From Selaginella moellendorffii (taxonomy: Eukaryota; Plantae; Lycopodiophyta): a DNA stretch of 64,000 nt. Made by a program: the position numbers and the translations under genes. The stretch lies in assembly GCF_000143415.4 (NCBI RefSeq), contig NW_003314262.1, forward strand, positions 2,530,603 to 2,594,602, written 5' to 3'. The notes under the pieces are model-generated. The model saw only the letters and a list, made by a program, of their open reading frames with translations, did no database searches and was not told the DNA's origin. Shown one piece after another: positions 36,483 through 48,500 of the stretch (the stretch's first letter is position 1; each line of letters opens with the position of its first letter).

Positions 36483-36736
36483 CTCAAACTCAATCAGCTG
36501 AGAGCAAGCTTTCTCAAAAGTTTCCAAAGAGCATAACTCAAAAAAATATACCAGGTCACCAACTCATCTCATCACAAGTTGCGTTGTGGTCACTCCACGC
36601 CTTGGATGTTGATGAACTACAGGCCTCCATTTTATCTTGGAAAATGCTCGAGGCCAAAGGGTGGCGAAGATGAGGAATGAAGCGATCTGGACTGGACAAG
36701 AGTATAAGCAAAATGAGCACGAGAAGAACCATACAT
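36483..36736 (+). repeat. Dispersed direct repeat, copy 2
   Basis: Matches 33265-33499 with small indels. Confidence 0.9.
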
Positions 36737-36799
36737 TGCTCGACTCATAGAGCACGCCCGGCAGCAGCAGACCGCCCGGTAAAGAGCCCCCTGGATCGA

Positions 36800-37300
36800 A
36801 AATGTGCAGCAGTAGCGTATAATCGCAATGGCGCTGGTTTTCCATGGCATTGTTCTTGAGCCTTGACGAGGAGGTGCCATCCAGCGAAGATTTGCAGGAA
36901 GGAGGAGCGATCTCCAGCTGTGGGCGCCTGGGCGAGAATGCGGTGAGCACAGATCTGGGAGGGGGAAGGCGCATCCACGAGGAAAATCGTCTCCAGCGGC
37001 CTCGAGGTTCCTTGCTAATCTGGTCATAGAAATGTATGGAAAGTGCGGGCGCTGGAAATCTTCCAGAAGATGAAAGATGGAAGATTGCGATCGCGGCATT
37101 TGCCCTTGTTACTCTTTTTCGAGCATCCAGTTATTTCTCTTGGCAGCTATCAATGCCGATCCGGCGGAGATCCACGCGCTAGTCGTCGCTGTGGCCTGGC
37201 CTGGCCTGGATCACTTGTGCCAAGAGCACATTCGAGCCTCATTCGGGGACATTCCTTCGAGTGTATTCGACAGGGATTGAGAAGAATGGTCGGACTAGCA
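36800..37300 (+). pseudogene. PPR pseudogene fragments
   Basis: DLGGGRRIHE...MYGKCG...IFQKMK, ...AEIHALVV...VFDR in shifting frames. Confidence 0.55.
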
Positions 37301-37653
37301 TCGGACTTTTCCCCACTCTTTCATTCTCCAGCGCTGAAATTTGGCGCTTGAAGAACCAGTAGTATGTCTTCCCGATCCTGGGCGTTGCGACCAGGTGAAA
37401 CTGCCGCTTGCGCAGCTTACCGCGAGCCACCTTGGCAGTTTCATCCTCTCTAGGCTTCGAGTTCCGCAAAAGGAAATCCTCGAGAAGGAGGTCAGTGGAA
37501 GCAGCTCCTTCTCGCCCAAGAAACCATCAGGGAGCTGAAGAACATCCCACCAAGACCTGTTCCCATATTTTAATAATCATGCACAGTTAATTTGTTTAAA
37601 GTCAATGCCCTAAGACCTTTAGAAAGGTGGCAAGAGCATATTCTCCGAATCTT

Positions 37654-39039
37654 TTACTTTACCAAACAGAAGAGCCTCGAGATTATCTCGTTCGACACTA
37701 GAAATCCATTTGGATCCGTCAGCCTGCCGTACACAGCCCCCGCTCGCTCCGCCGTACACTCCCTCGACGCGTCCAAGAACACTACATTCCCACTCGCCAC
37801 AAACTCCGCGAGCCCATCGCACAAGATCCCTGCCAATTCACTCCCAAACTCCGCCTCGAATCGCCGCAGGTCGATCCCCTCCGCCAGCCGGAGAGCCAGC
37901 ATCACGGTGTCAAGGATCCGATCCTCCACACTCTCGGGAAGAACGGCTTCCGTGCGTGATCCCTCCAAACTTTCGGGAAGAACAGGTGATCCCGCCGCTA
38001 GAGCTTCCACAAACTTGGCGTACTCTCTCATTCTCTTGCTCCTCTTGACCCTCTTTCCATCCACGAAGCTCGTGGATCCCAGCCCATACGCGTAGTATCC
38101 CTGGTTCTTCCAGTAGACGAGATTGTGGCGGCACTGGAAGCCTTTCCTCGCGTAGTTGCTGATCTCGTAGTGATCGTAGCCGGCTTCCCGGAGCATTGAC
38201 GATCCCAGCTTGAAGAACTCGGCCGAGTCGTCGTCGCTGGGGAGTGGATCCATGCCAGGCTTGTAGAGATTCCCAAACTTGGTCCCTTGCTCGATCTGGA
38301 GATCGTAGATCGAGACGTGGGCCGGGGACGCAGCGATCGCTTGCTCGAGTGATTTCCTCCATGACGCTAGAGTGTGGTGAGGGAGCGAGGAGATGAGATC
38401 CAAGCTCCAGTTTTGCAGCGAGTCTTTGATCCACTCGATCGACTGGAAGACGTCGTCCAGGCAGTGGGATCTTCCGCAGAGCTTGAGGAGATCGTCATCG
38501 AAGGCCTGGACGCCGAGAGAGACCCTGTTGATCCCGCACGACTGGATCGCCTCCGTGAGGTAGTCCCGGGAGAAAGTTCCTGGATCCATTTCCATGCTGA
38601 TTTCCATCGGTGCGTCACGCGAGAAGCCGTGCTTGGCTTCCAGCGCCTGGATGATCCGCTGGAGCAGCGGGATTGGAATGAGCGATGGCGTACCTCCACC
38701 GAAGAAGACCGTCTGGAGAGCGCCTCTCGAAGGCGAGCGCTCGGCGGCGATCTCCTGGCACACCAGATCGACGTAGCTCTCCATGGTGGAGCCGGCATTG
38801 GAGCTCGACTCGCCCAGCGCGACGATCGGGAAATCGCAGTAATGGCATCGGCGCTTGCAGAATGGGAGATGCACGTACGCGGCCGTCGGCAATGCGGCAG
38901 GAATCGCAGACCCCTCGCAGGCAAGGACCCTAGAAGAGTAGTGTCTCACCTTGGGGAGAAGGAGAAGAGCGTGCCCGCGGGCGCACGCCATAGCCAGAAG
39001 AACCCTAATTCTATGGTCAGCCCTAGTCAACATACTCAA
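37654..39039 (-). CDS. HEMN1: Radical SAM HemN-like / HemW (RSAD1) heme chaperone, intronless
   Basis: AYVHLPFCKRRCHYCDF (CxxxCxxC), FFGGGTPS, RVSLGVQ, YEISNYA, HNLVYW. The start could be the ATG at 38991. Confidence 0.92.
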   Translation of the reverse strand: MSMLTRADHRIRVLLAMACARGHALLLLPKVRHYSSRVLACEGSAIPAALPTAAYVHLPFCKRRCHYCDFPIVALGESSSNAGSTMESYVDLVCQEIAAERSPSRGALQTVFFGGGTPSLIPIPLLQRIIQALEAKHGFSRDAPMEISMEMDPGTFSRDYLTEAIQSCGINRVSLGVQAFDDDLLKLCGRSHCLDDVFQSIEWIKDSLQNWSLDLISSLPHHTLASWRKSLEQAIAASPAHVSIYDLQIEQGTKFGNLYKPGMDPLPSDDDSAEFFKLGSSMLREAGYDHYEISNYARKGFQCRHNLVYWKNQGYYAYGLGSTSFVDGKRVKRSKRMREYAKFVEALAAGSPVLPESLEGSRTEAVLPESVEDRILDTVMLALRLAEGIDLRRFEAEFGSELAGILCDGLAEFVASGNVVFLDASRECTAERAGAVYGRLTDPNGFLVSNEIISRLFCLVK

Positions 39040-39570
39040 CGGTGGTCAAATCTACCAGCTAGCTCGCACCGATCGGGTATGAGAACTTTGTCAAAAGTGC
39101 GTGCATTGAAAAACTTGGCATTGCTTGCTGTCAAATTTCTCGAGAATTATTTTGGGGGTTTGAAAAGCCTGAAGAACACGGAAACTTGAATGCCTCCAAT
39201 CTCGATTGATTGATCCGTCCATCCCAAGAACACACCACCACCACCACCACCACTGCCCATGTGTGTAGATCCCCTGTCGTACACATACGCGCTAATACCG
39301 TACACGAGACAATCCATAGAAAACTCTGTCCGGACAGTGGCCAAGTACAAGGAATCCTTTGGATTGTCAAAGCTATTCGACAATTATAAGAACTGACAAG
39401 GAGGAATTTCAAGGGCAGCTTCCAATCCACATTCCAGCTGGAGTGAAATGGAAGGATGTCCCATGAGAAAATGATTGGTTGACCAACCAAGAACCCTAAA
39501 AACAGAGGATAGAACCCAAACAGAGCATATGTACACTTCCGGGAAATCTAGTCTATAGAGCTGCGATGGA

Positions 39571-40308
39571 TCACAGTGGATTGCAAGAATGCGGCCAGAG
39601 CCGGTCGTCCATCCTGTCGACCTCGTCTATCGGGCTGCCGAGAGGCGAATTGGCCATGAAAACCTGCGGCAGATCAAAGATCCACTCGTTGTCGCAGTAG
39701 AAATCCAGCCAATTTCGCTGCTCCTCGGCCATGGCCTCGACCTCCACGATTTCCTGCTCCTGCATTGCGATCCTGGGCTTCTTCTCTGCCAGGAACACGA
39801 CCTCATCGTCGCGATCGTCCCCTGGATTTTGGGAGAAACGTCCACTCTCTTGTTGCTCCATTCCAAGGATTTGCTCTTGGAGGGACAGCGTCCTGGAGGA
39901 GGAATCTTGCTCCTCGGTGGAGCGATCCATCGATGCGGTAGCAGCGGCGGCTGCAGCAGCCTGGATTGCCTTGATCTGCGGCGCCAGTGGATCATCGGAC
40001 GAGGAATTGGCGGTGGATTGATCAAAGAATGCGGCGAGATTGGGCAAGTGGTGAATGGAATCCTGGAAGTTGAGCGCGGGAAGGGCGGAGGCGCCCTTGA
40101 GATAGAGAACCGCCGCGTCGTACGCCCGCGCCGCCATCTCGGGGGTGGCGAAGCTCCCCAGCCATATCCGGGCTTGCGTGGTGGGCTCACGAATCTCCGA
40201 CACCCATTTGCCCCACGTCCTCATCCTCACGCCCCGGTACTTTTTCTTGCTCGCTTCGCCGCAGCCGGGCATTGGGTGATCAATCATCGATCGCTTCTCG
40301 GCGCCCAT
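39571..40308 (-). CDS. AP2/ERF (DREB-type) transcription factor
   Basis: [19 protein letters not shown]...[26 protein letters not shown]...LNF. Confidence 0.95.
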   Translation of the reverse strand: MGAEKRSMIDHPMPGCGEASKKKYRGVRMRTWGKWVSEIREPTTQARIWLGSFATPEMAARAYDAAVLYLKGASALPALNFQDSIHHLPNLAAFFDQSTANSSSDDPLAPQIKAIQAAAAAAATASMDRSTEEQDSSSRTLSLQEQILGMEQQESGRFSQNPGDDRDDEVVFLAEKKPRIAMQEQEIVEVEAMAEEQRNWLDFYCDNEWIFDLPQVFMANSPLGSPIDEVDRMDDRLWPHSCNPL

Positions 40309-41700
40309 GATAGGATTGGATTGGAATTGCTCCTCCTCTTTCGGATTGGATCCAATTCTAATCGATTCTAGTTGGGGAATTTCTTGTCTAGCTTTGGAAG
40401 AGCAGAGGCTATGAAAAAGAGGGAATTCACCTCATCACTCCTTCCACATTGTGCGCGCAAGAAATAATTGTTGCTACCTTCTCTCAAATCAGACTCTCAA
40501 GAACAAAGATTGAGAGGATAGATCAGGGATTGATTAGAAGGAATTCTACTCCACATTGCACAATATGATCACGATTCTTCTTCCCTCCCTTTCAGCCCAA
40601 GAAGAGCGCTCTGTTCTTCCCTCAATCCAGCGCAAGAACAAAGATTCTATCGCGAATGGAATGGAAAAAAAACGCTCTGGGATCACTCACCCGACACGTA
40701 TGGATCGAATTTAAGCCAAACAACACAAGAACAGCCAAAGACGTATCTCATCTCATGTGATGCCTAGTGCCCCCTTTTTATGTTGTTTTGGCTGGGATTC
40801 GGCCCATTCTGGTCCAAAACCCAAGCATGGGTCACACACGTCATCCGTACACTGTACGAGCCCCACCTCTAGTCGAATATCGAGAGCTGGCATTTGCTGG
40901 CTATGTTACGCCATGCTTTTGTTCTTTCTATTCCCTTAAATTATAGTATAATAACATTGTCTTTGACTAGATTGATCTTCTAAGAGAAAAATTTCCCAAC
41001 ATTTATGCGTATAACCTCTCATGCAAAGGTTGAAAACGTTGCTGCGGTTCTCTCATATAAAATTTCTGGCCAGCTCAAGGGAGCCATGCGAAGATTCCAT
41101 TGAGCTTCTCCTTCCATGGTTTCGGTGCTAGGTGTGAGAATTTATCATATGCACAAAAAGGAAGCTCCAGCGCCATTGTCAGGCGCGAATCGAGCAAGAA
41201 AAATGGAGTGACATCAAGGTTGACATAAAAGGTTGGCGGGTTATAAATCACATTTTCAAATTTGTGTGAGTTGTTCTCCATTCTGAGAGATCTCTGGAGC
41301 TCATGACGTTTTCTGGCATTCTTCTTGGCAATTGCCCTCATGGTCAAAACGAAATAGCGAAGTTCCACCCTGAAAAATGGACGTAATCTCGATCGAATCG
41401 ATTCAGGTTCCCGTGTGCGAAGATCCTTGAAAAGGTGAAAATGAGCTCCATCACCCCACCACAGGGAAAAGTTTTGGGTGAAAACGATCGCTCAAGAGAT
41501 CGGGTATCACATTTTGGGCTTGTCTCGTTGTGCTAAACTTTCTTGACGGTCAAGCCGATACACCAGTCAATTTTGGTATAAAGCAATACGTGCATCTGGT
41601 TTTCAAAACAAAAAGCATATATACTGCGCGTATTTGTGTCCCTGTTGTAGAAAAGGCCCTTTCATATCCAGATCTCAGATCTTATACACGCCTCTAAAGT

Positions 41701-41741
41701 TGTGGCTGCTGGGATTCGAGCCCAGGTCGCAGAATTCTCAA
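41701..41741 (-). pseudogene. tRNA-His 3' fragment
   Basis: rc = ...GAGAATTCTGCGACCTGGGCTCGAATCCCAGCAGCCACA, matching the recalled plant tRNA-His T arm and acceptor strand; the anticodon arm is deleted. Confidence 0.7.
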
Positions 41742-41826
41742 TGATATAGACCTAAATCCTATGTAAAGGAAAAGGGAGAAAGCACTATATAAACCAGAAG
41801 CCCCGTTGCTAGGGTTATCACTCAAA

Positions 41827-42717
41827 ATGGCACGACAAGAAAAAGAGATCGGGTGCTTTGTTTGCGGGGCTGTTGCGGGAGCCACGTCTAGAACCGTGAC
41901 CGCGCCTCTGGATCGTCTACGAGTCCTCCTCCAGACCAACACGACGAGCAGCCCGATGACCGTGCGTCAAGGGATCCAACACATATACCAGAAAGGTGGC
42001 CTGGCCGGGTACTACGTTGGGAATGGCATGAATGTCCTCAAACACTTCCCGGAGGCGGGCGTGAGGTTCTTGACGTTTGAGAGGTTCAAGAGCGTGGCGG
42101 CAGATCTACAAGGGGTAAAGGAATCGGATCTAGGACCGGTTTCTAGGTTTCTGGCCGGAGGTTGCGCGGGTGTTCTCACCACGGTCGTGGCATACCCATT
42201 CGAGGTGGTGAAGACAAGGATACAAGTCTCCAGCGATGCCAAAACGAGCGCTCTAAAGTTGACAAGGGATATGTGGGTGCGTGAAGGTGGCTTGTCTTTG
42301 TACAGGGGATTGCTTCCCTCGGTGATGGGGATCTTCCCCTATGCTGGTTTTGATTTTGCGATGTATGAGACGCTTAAGAAGGGCATCTTGGAGAGAGGCC
42401 TGATTGACTCGGATTCGAAGTATGCCCCGCTGGTACATATGGGGTGTGGGATTGTATCGGCGAGCATTGGAACGACTTTGGTGTATCCTTTACATGTGGT
42501 GAGGACTAGGTTGCAAGCACAATCCACGGTAGCAAATGGGTCAGAGGAATTATACAAGGGAATGAGGGATGTTTTCAAGAGAACTTATGCAAGAGAGGGT
42601 GTGCGGGGGTTCTACAAAGGGGTCTTGCCAAATCTGTGCAGGGTGGCACCAGCAGCGAGTGTGTCATATTGTGTTTACGAGCAAATGAAGAAGCTGTTAA
42701 ATGTAGAGACGTCCTGA
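41827..42717 (+). CDS. Mitochondrial carrier, ATP-Mg/Pi (APC/SCaMC)-like, lacking the EF-hand domain, intronless
   Basis: Three Px(D/E)xx(K/R)x(R/K)-type repeats (PLDRLRVLLQ, PFEVVKTRIQ, PLHVVRTRLQ); GNGMNVLK, PYAGFDFAMYETLK, APAASVSYCVYEQMK. Confidence 0.88.
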   Translation: MARQEKEIGCFVCGAVAGATSRTVTAPLDRLRVLLQTNTTSSPMTVRQGIQHIYQKGGLAGYYVGNGMNVLKHFPEAGVRFLTFERFKSVAADLQGVKESDLGPVSRFLAGGCAGVLTTVVAYPFEVVKTRIQVSSDAKTSALKLTRDMWVREGGLSLYRGLLPSVMGIFPYAGFDFAMYETLKKGILERGLIDSDSKYAPLVHMGCGIVSASIGTTLVYPLHVVRTRLQAQSTVANGSEELYKGMRDVFKRTYAREGVRGFYKGVLPNLCRVAPAASVSYCVYEQMKKLLNVETS

Positions 42718-42935
42718 AGAATTTGATCGTTCTAGTTCAGTTGACAATGTCTAAGTAAAGGACTTGATCGTTCTAATGGATAAATAGTTTATGGATTTGA
42801 AAAAGCTCAATACATCGTGATCTTAGAATAGATTTCCGGGAAAGCTAGCAAATGAAAAAGCTCTTGAACATATCGTGAAAGCTAGCAAATGAATAAGTTC
42901 TTATCATTCTAATCATGTATGGAGATTTTGTTTGA

Positions 42936-43487
42936 TCAATCGGTTTTAGAGGACGTAGCCGCCGCGGTCTCGTGCTCAAGCTTGGTGGCTGACTCCTTGA
43001 GAACTTCGGTAACATCGTCAGCCATGTCCTTGTAGTGATTCTTGGACGATCCACAAGCATTGCTACACCAATTCACCATGGCCATTGGGTAGCTGCCCAA
43101 TGTCTCCATTGTGAAATTCCCCTTGTTCTAGATGAGAAAAGCGAGAATTTGTCACGCCACAAGAGAACCTTATCTAGTTTTTTGACTTACTTGATCCAGA
43201 GCTCGCGAGAGGTTGTCTTTGAGGTTGCCCTTGATCTCGCTGGAGCCTGTCTTGAGATTGTCGGCATATCCTTCCACTCGATGGACCGCGCCCTTGACGA
43301 ACTCCTTGGCGCTCCCGGCGGCCTTGTGTGCCTCGTCCAGCACCAATTCCGCGACCTCCTTTACCTTATCCTGCGAGTTCTTCACCCCGGCCTTGATTGC
43401 CTCCTCGGATTTCTCCTTGGCTTCCTTGGCGGACTCGAACAGCTCGTGGGCAGTCGCAGAGAAATCCATGCTCTTGAATTTCTCCAT
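42936..43487 (-). CDS. LEA-like hydrophilic helical protein, 2 exons
   Basis: A/K/E-rich amphipathic repeats. The intron at ~43128-43189 (GTAAGT...CTAG) joins in frame to NKGNFTMETLG...ATSSKTD-TGA. Confidence 0.65.
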
Positions 43488-43735
43488 TAGACCAATGTGT
43501 TCACACTATCCTTGATGAACAGTGTCGAATGGAAATTCAACGCTTTTGCTTGGCTGGCTTCTAGGTGGGACTTACACTCGCCATGTTCAGTCCAGCAAAG
43601 AAAAGAACAGAAACATGCGATAGAATTTGTGAGAAGTTAAACATTTGATCCAAAAAAGATCATTTGGTTATTAGTAAATAAAAATACATTATTCAAAATA
43701 ATTACATTTTAATATTTATTTATTTTCTCGTTTTC

Positions 43736-44374
43736 TTATCTAGACTTTAGAATCACTATTGCTTCAAGTGGTTTCTTTGGCCAAATCACAGAAACACTAC
43801 TTTCAGCAACATTGTAGTCCCTTCCAGCAACACAGCTCCAGTCGAACCCATGGAGCAAATTCGCAAGTCCAACTTGGACAACCTTCAAACCGAGTGTCAG
43901 TCCCGCGCAAGTTCTCCGCCCAGCTCCAAATGGAATCAGCTCGAAGTCCTGGCCTCGGACGTCCATGCTCGAACCAACAAACCTCTCTGGCCAGAACTCC
44001 ATTGGATTCTCCCACAGGCCTGGATCCCTTCCAATAGCGTAGACATTTACGAAGGTGTTGGCACCTTTCGGGATGTGATAGTTGGATATAACACACTCCT
44101 GAGTGGACATACGTAACAGGAGTGGTGCAGGAGGATGGAGCCGAAACGTTTCTTTCACAATCGCTTGGAGGTAAGTCAGGTGCTCAATGTCTGATTCTTC
44201 TACCAGGCGATTGGTCTGACCCACAATGGATTCAAGCTCATGCTGGGCTTTTTCAAGAACATCTGGATTCCTTAGAAGTTCTAGTATAGCCCACTCGATC
44301 ACACAGGCAGTGGTATAAGTTCCAGCTCCAACTAGTTCCTGGCACGATCATACTCCAGAATTCAGCACACACGG

Positions 44375-44424
<50 letters not shown>

Positions 44425-45298
44425 CCATGATGGTACCTCTGGCATTGTCAAGATCATTTCCACCTCCATCGCCTTTAGTATCATGCTCAAGAAGAATGTC
44501 CAGGAAATCCTTTGTGCCTCGGGAACTTTTGGTTTTCCTGTGCTCGTCTAAAATCTTTTGGATGACAATGTCTTCCCTTGCGGCGATTCGTTTCACTGCT
44601 GGGATTTTCCAGTCAATCCATCTGAGCCAAGCCGGTACAAGCTCGCTTATGTGGAATGCAAAGCCAAACTTGATAATCTCTTCCATAACTTCCATGAACT
44701 CCATAGCTTCCTCCTCGTTCACAGTGTTCTTCTCCCCAAAAAACCTCTTGCTCATGACAATCCTCGTTATTGTGTTGAAAGTGTAGCTCCGGACAAGCTC
44801 TCTCACGTTCACCACTCTCGACTGGTTGTCGATCAAAAAAGAAACCATGGAAGCCAGCTCCTCGCGTCTCACCTCCAAGAACGAAGCCAAGCGATTTGCC
44901 GTGAAGAGCTCCGCGTTGAAGAGCTTCTTCATTCTTCTCCAGTGCTCGTTAGGGGGTGACAACACCATGCTTTTGGAGCTGTAGACGTAATCGCCCAAGA
45001 GGAAGTATGGCCTGCCAGAAAATGTTTGATCATGGGTTTTGAGTGCCTCTCTCGCTGCCGCGGAACTGGAGATTAGAATCGCTGGCACAAGTCCCAATCT
45101 CAGGCACACAATATCTCCAAACTTGTTGGACAGCTCTTGGAGAGAGATGTGGGGCTGCCTTCCCAAGAGATGGAGGTGGCCGATAAATGGCAAGCCCCTT
45201 GGAGATGGTGGCAGCAGTTTGCGTGGCTGGAGGAAGGGCCTGACCAAGAGGTAGAACAGAAATACGGAGCCAAGAAGAACATACACAAGGAATTCCAT
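43736..45298 (-). CDS. Cytochrome P450, CYP71 clan, 2 exons
   Basis: PPSPRGLPFIGHLHLL, KETFRLHPP, PERF, PFGAGRRTCAG; single intron before the I-helix containing (CT)n. Confidence 0.95.
44381..44420. repeat. (AG)20 microsatellite in the P450 intron
   Basis: Directly visible. Confidence 0.97.
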
Positions 45299-45523
45299 AT
45301 TCTAATTTTTGAACTGATGCACAAGAAATGTAGGGTTTGATCTTTACGGTAGTTGAATCTAAGAAAATTGATTATTTGGTTGACCTTGGATATATATAGC
45401 TAAATTTATTACAATAAGTGTCAATTTGCAAAATTAATCTGGAAGGTGACAGTTTTATAATATATGAATATAATGGCTTAAAAGTTGATCTGGAATACTA
45501 TTTACTTCTGACTTTGCAGATTT

Positions 45524-48500
45524 TTATACAAGCCCTGTAACATACAAGCTTGCAGCAAAGACGATATCTCTTTTAATAAGGTTGGAAGCTTCATCCATTT
45601 TGTTGAAGAGCGTCGTGTCTCCCATAATCCGCGCCGCGTTCTTAATCTCTCTACATGTCTCGTCCAATCGGACTATAGTTCTCACCACCAGACCTTCGGA
45701 AACGTCGGTCATCTCACAAATTGTTGAGAATGGAGTTCCCTGCAACACAAAAGTGTCAACGAAGGAAGAAGAAAGTGCCTGGAATGCAAAAGCTTATAAT
45801 TTACCTTTGCCCATTCATACACCACTTCCATGAGTCCAAAATGGAGGGCGTCACGAGCGTAGTCTTCGGCGTGTGAAACAAGCCCATGGCTTACTTGCAA
45901 ATCTCCAAGCTGCAACGCTGTGTTGTAAAGCCTGAGAGAAAAAAGTGTAGAAAAAACACAAGTAACACACGATAACCATTCAACGAAGATCTTATTACCT
46001 TGTTTTCGCAGCCGCGAGCTTTTCAGTGAGGACAGGCTCGCTAGTTTCACGCTGCTGGAACACCAGCGAGGACAACAAGGCGATCGATTCAGCAGAATCA
46101 AGATCCGCAAGCTGGTTGTCAAAGAGACACTCCGCCGCGATCAGCTCATCGCCAGTGTTGAACTCGCACGTCACACGGCCTTTGAGCTGAACGATGAGCT
46201 CCGAATCGATGCAGCCAACGTCCTGGAGAACATCCATCTGCCATCCACATTTGTGTAGGAAAGTCAAAAACCAAACAACGGCTTCCAAGGAAGAATACTT
46301 ACACGACGCTGAAACTCCGGCATTTGTTGTAGTGCGTTGTCTGAAACATCGAATTTAAGCTTGTCCACGCGATCTCTCAGCAGCTGTCGGCTCTTGATAA
46401 TCGAGTAGTGCTCTTGCAGCTTTGGACACCGATGGCACTTGTTTTGTGCCATAAGCTCCGTGATGGCTTGTTTCTTCTTGTACTTTTCGACAGCATCGAT
46501 ATCGTTGAGCTTCAAATCTGAAAGACAATGCGTTAGTCAAGTTTTGCTAGTCAAGAGCATCGAAAGTAATTACCTTTTACGGGATCAAGAGGTGGAGGAT
46601 CTGCCGGATAAAGTCTCTCAAGTTCTGTGAGGGCTTGCAGTACAGCCGAGATGGCCATAGTGCTTTCTTCTTCTAAGATCCGATTGGCATCAACCCGGAT
46701 TTTCTCCTTCGAGATGCTGAGAAACTCCTGGCCACTGGTCTCTGCGACCAGAAAGGAGACTCCTCCCACCGTTCCGTAGTGCGGCATCGTCAACCGAATG
46801 ACACCTGAAGATTTCTTGGACCCCGAAAAAACTGCGAACTCGTCGTCGTCGTTCTTGTTCTTCTTGCTGATGAAATATCCTCCATCTTGATCAAGCTTTT
46901 TAGTTGGAGGCTGAAGTTTTGCTGAGGCTGGAACTGCACCACGGTAAAGTGTCAAAACGATGCTCATTTTTGTTGTCCCGCTAGGTCCTCTTAGGACAAC
47001 ACCCAAAGCTGGAACTGGGTACTGTAAAGAGAAAATCACTAGTGCACGAAAGCAGCGTAGAAATATGACTTACGATAGTCGTCTTGACAGTGACTATTCG
47101 TCCCGGTATAAGAGCTTGCTGTGCTGCACGGGAGTTCATCACTTTTTCCTGAATGCTCTCTCCGAGCATATCTGCCTCGCTTGCTAATTTGTAATAATCT
47201 TCAATCGTGGGGTCGCCAAGAATACATTCTATCGTTGCAGCCATTTTTGAAAGCTCGCCCTCTTGTCTAAGAAGTTGCTGCTGTTGCTCAGGAAGTGCAC
47301 GTTGGGCATGAAATTCCGCAAAACTGCGTTTGAGCATGTCTTCGACCTACAAGGAGAGTTGACATTGAAAAAGCGAAAAGAAAGAAAACAATCGGTTCAT
47401 TGTACCTTCAACTCCTCTACTCGAAGAAGGTTCAGAATCATCGTGTAAGTTAATCTAAACTGTGATTCCAGTTTCGTGGCCTTCCCAGTCAAGAGACGTC
47501 TTAAATCTCCTTCGTCGGGTATGTCATCCCAACACATAACTATTACTGTTCCTACCTGAAGTAAAGAGAGGTGAGAATGACTGGCCTGGCAAGAAGAGTC
47601 CCATATTTACCGTGTCAAGGCCTCTTCGCCCGGCTCGGCCCGCCATCTGAGTGTACTCGCCTGGATAAAGCTGCCTAAATGATTTACCATCATGCTTCCT
47701 GAATCCATGAAATGCAACCTGCATCTCATACGAATAAGTATATGATAATCTCAACTGCATGGCTATCTTACCGTTCTGGCAGGTGCATTGACTCCCATTG
47801 CGAATGTCTCAGTAGAGAACAAGACCTGCACTTCCAGTTAGAAAGGACCACTTCAGAAACCTTACGAACTCATCACCTTGATTACGCCTCGGCAAAAGAG
47901 CATCTCCACTACCTCTTTCACAATAGGAAGTAAACCAGCGTGGTGAACTCCGATACCTCGCTTCAGCAATTCTTCAATCCGAAGGACCTATAAAATACTT
48001 CGAGCATAAGTACTGAGCTAGAAGATACGTACACACCTGAGGAAGTTGCCTATCCGTGCCCTTGAGGCGTGAAAAGGCCTTGTTACAGAAAACGCGAATC
48101 ACTCCTTTTTCTGTTGATGTTGTCAAATCTGATCCGGTTAAGCTGTCTGCTGATTGATCGCAGCGAGATTTTGAAAAACAGAACACCACCACCTATACAG
48201 AGAACCAAATTACACAACATAAGAATGTGATGCAAGAAAATACGTACAGGCAACAAGTTCTTTTTTGATAGTACGTTGATGAGTCCATACCACTGGGAAG
48301 TCTCAGAACGCCATGGACCGCCACGACTGTTTTTCTCCTCCGGAATGACTTTGTTCCCTCTGCCCCCTCTGCCACCAGGTCCGCCTCTCCCCTGAACATT
48401 TCCCCGTCCTCCTTGTGTAGGTGCCACAGGACCTTTTTTCACTGTTGTTTTCGCTAAATGTGCATCCTTGGCAGCCTTGACACCGAGAGATAAGAAAGTC

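Noticed and set aside
38374-40371. Long antisense ORFs (271 aa, 260 aa); similar ones lie opposite the PPR at 54351-55314
   Set aside because: Shadow ORFs of GC3-rich coding sequence on the other strand.
41075-41500. Short ORF fragments upstream of the AP2/ERF gene (similar unidentified pieces at 31924-33220)
   Set aside because: No recognisable motif or consistent exon chain.
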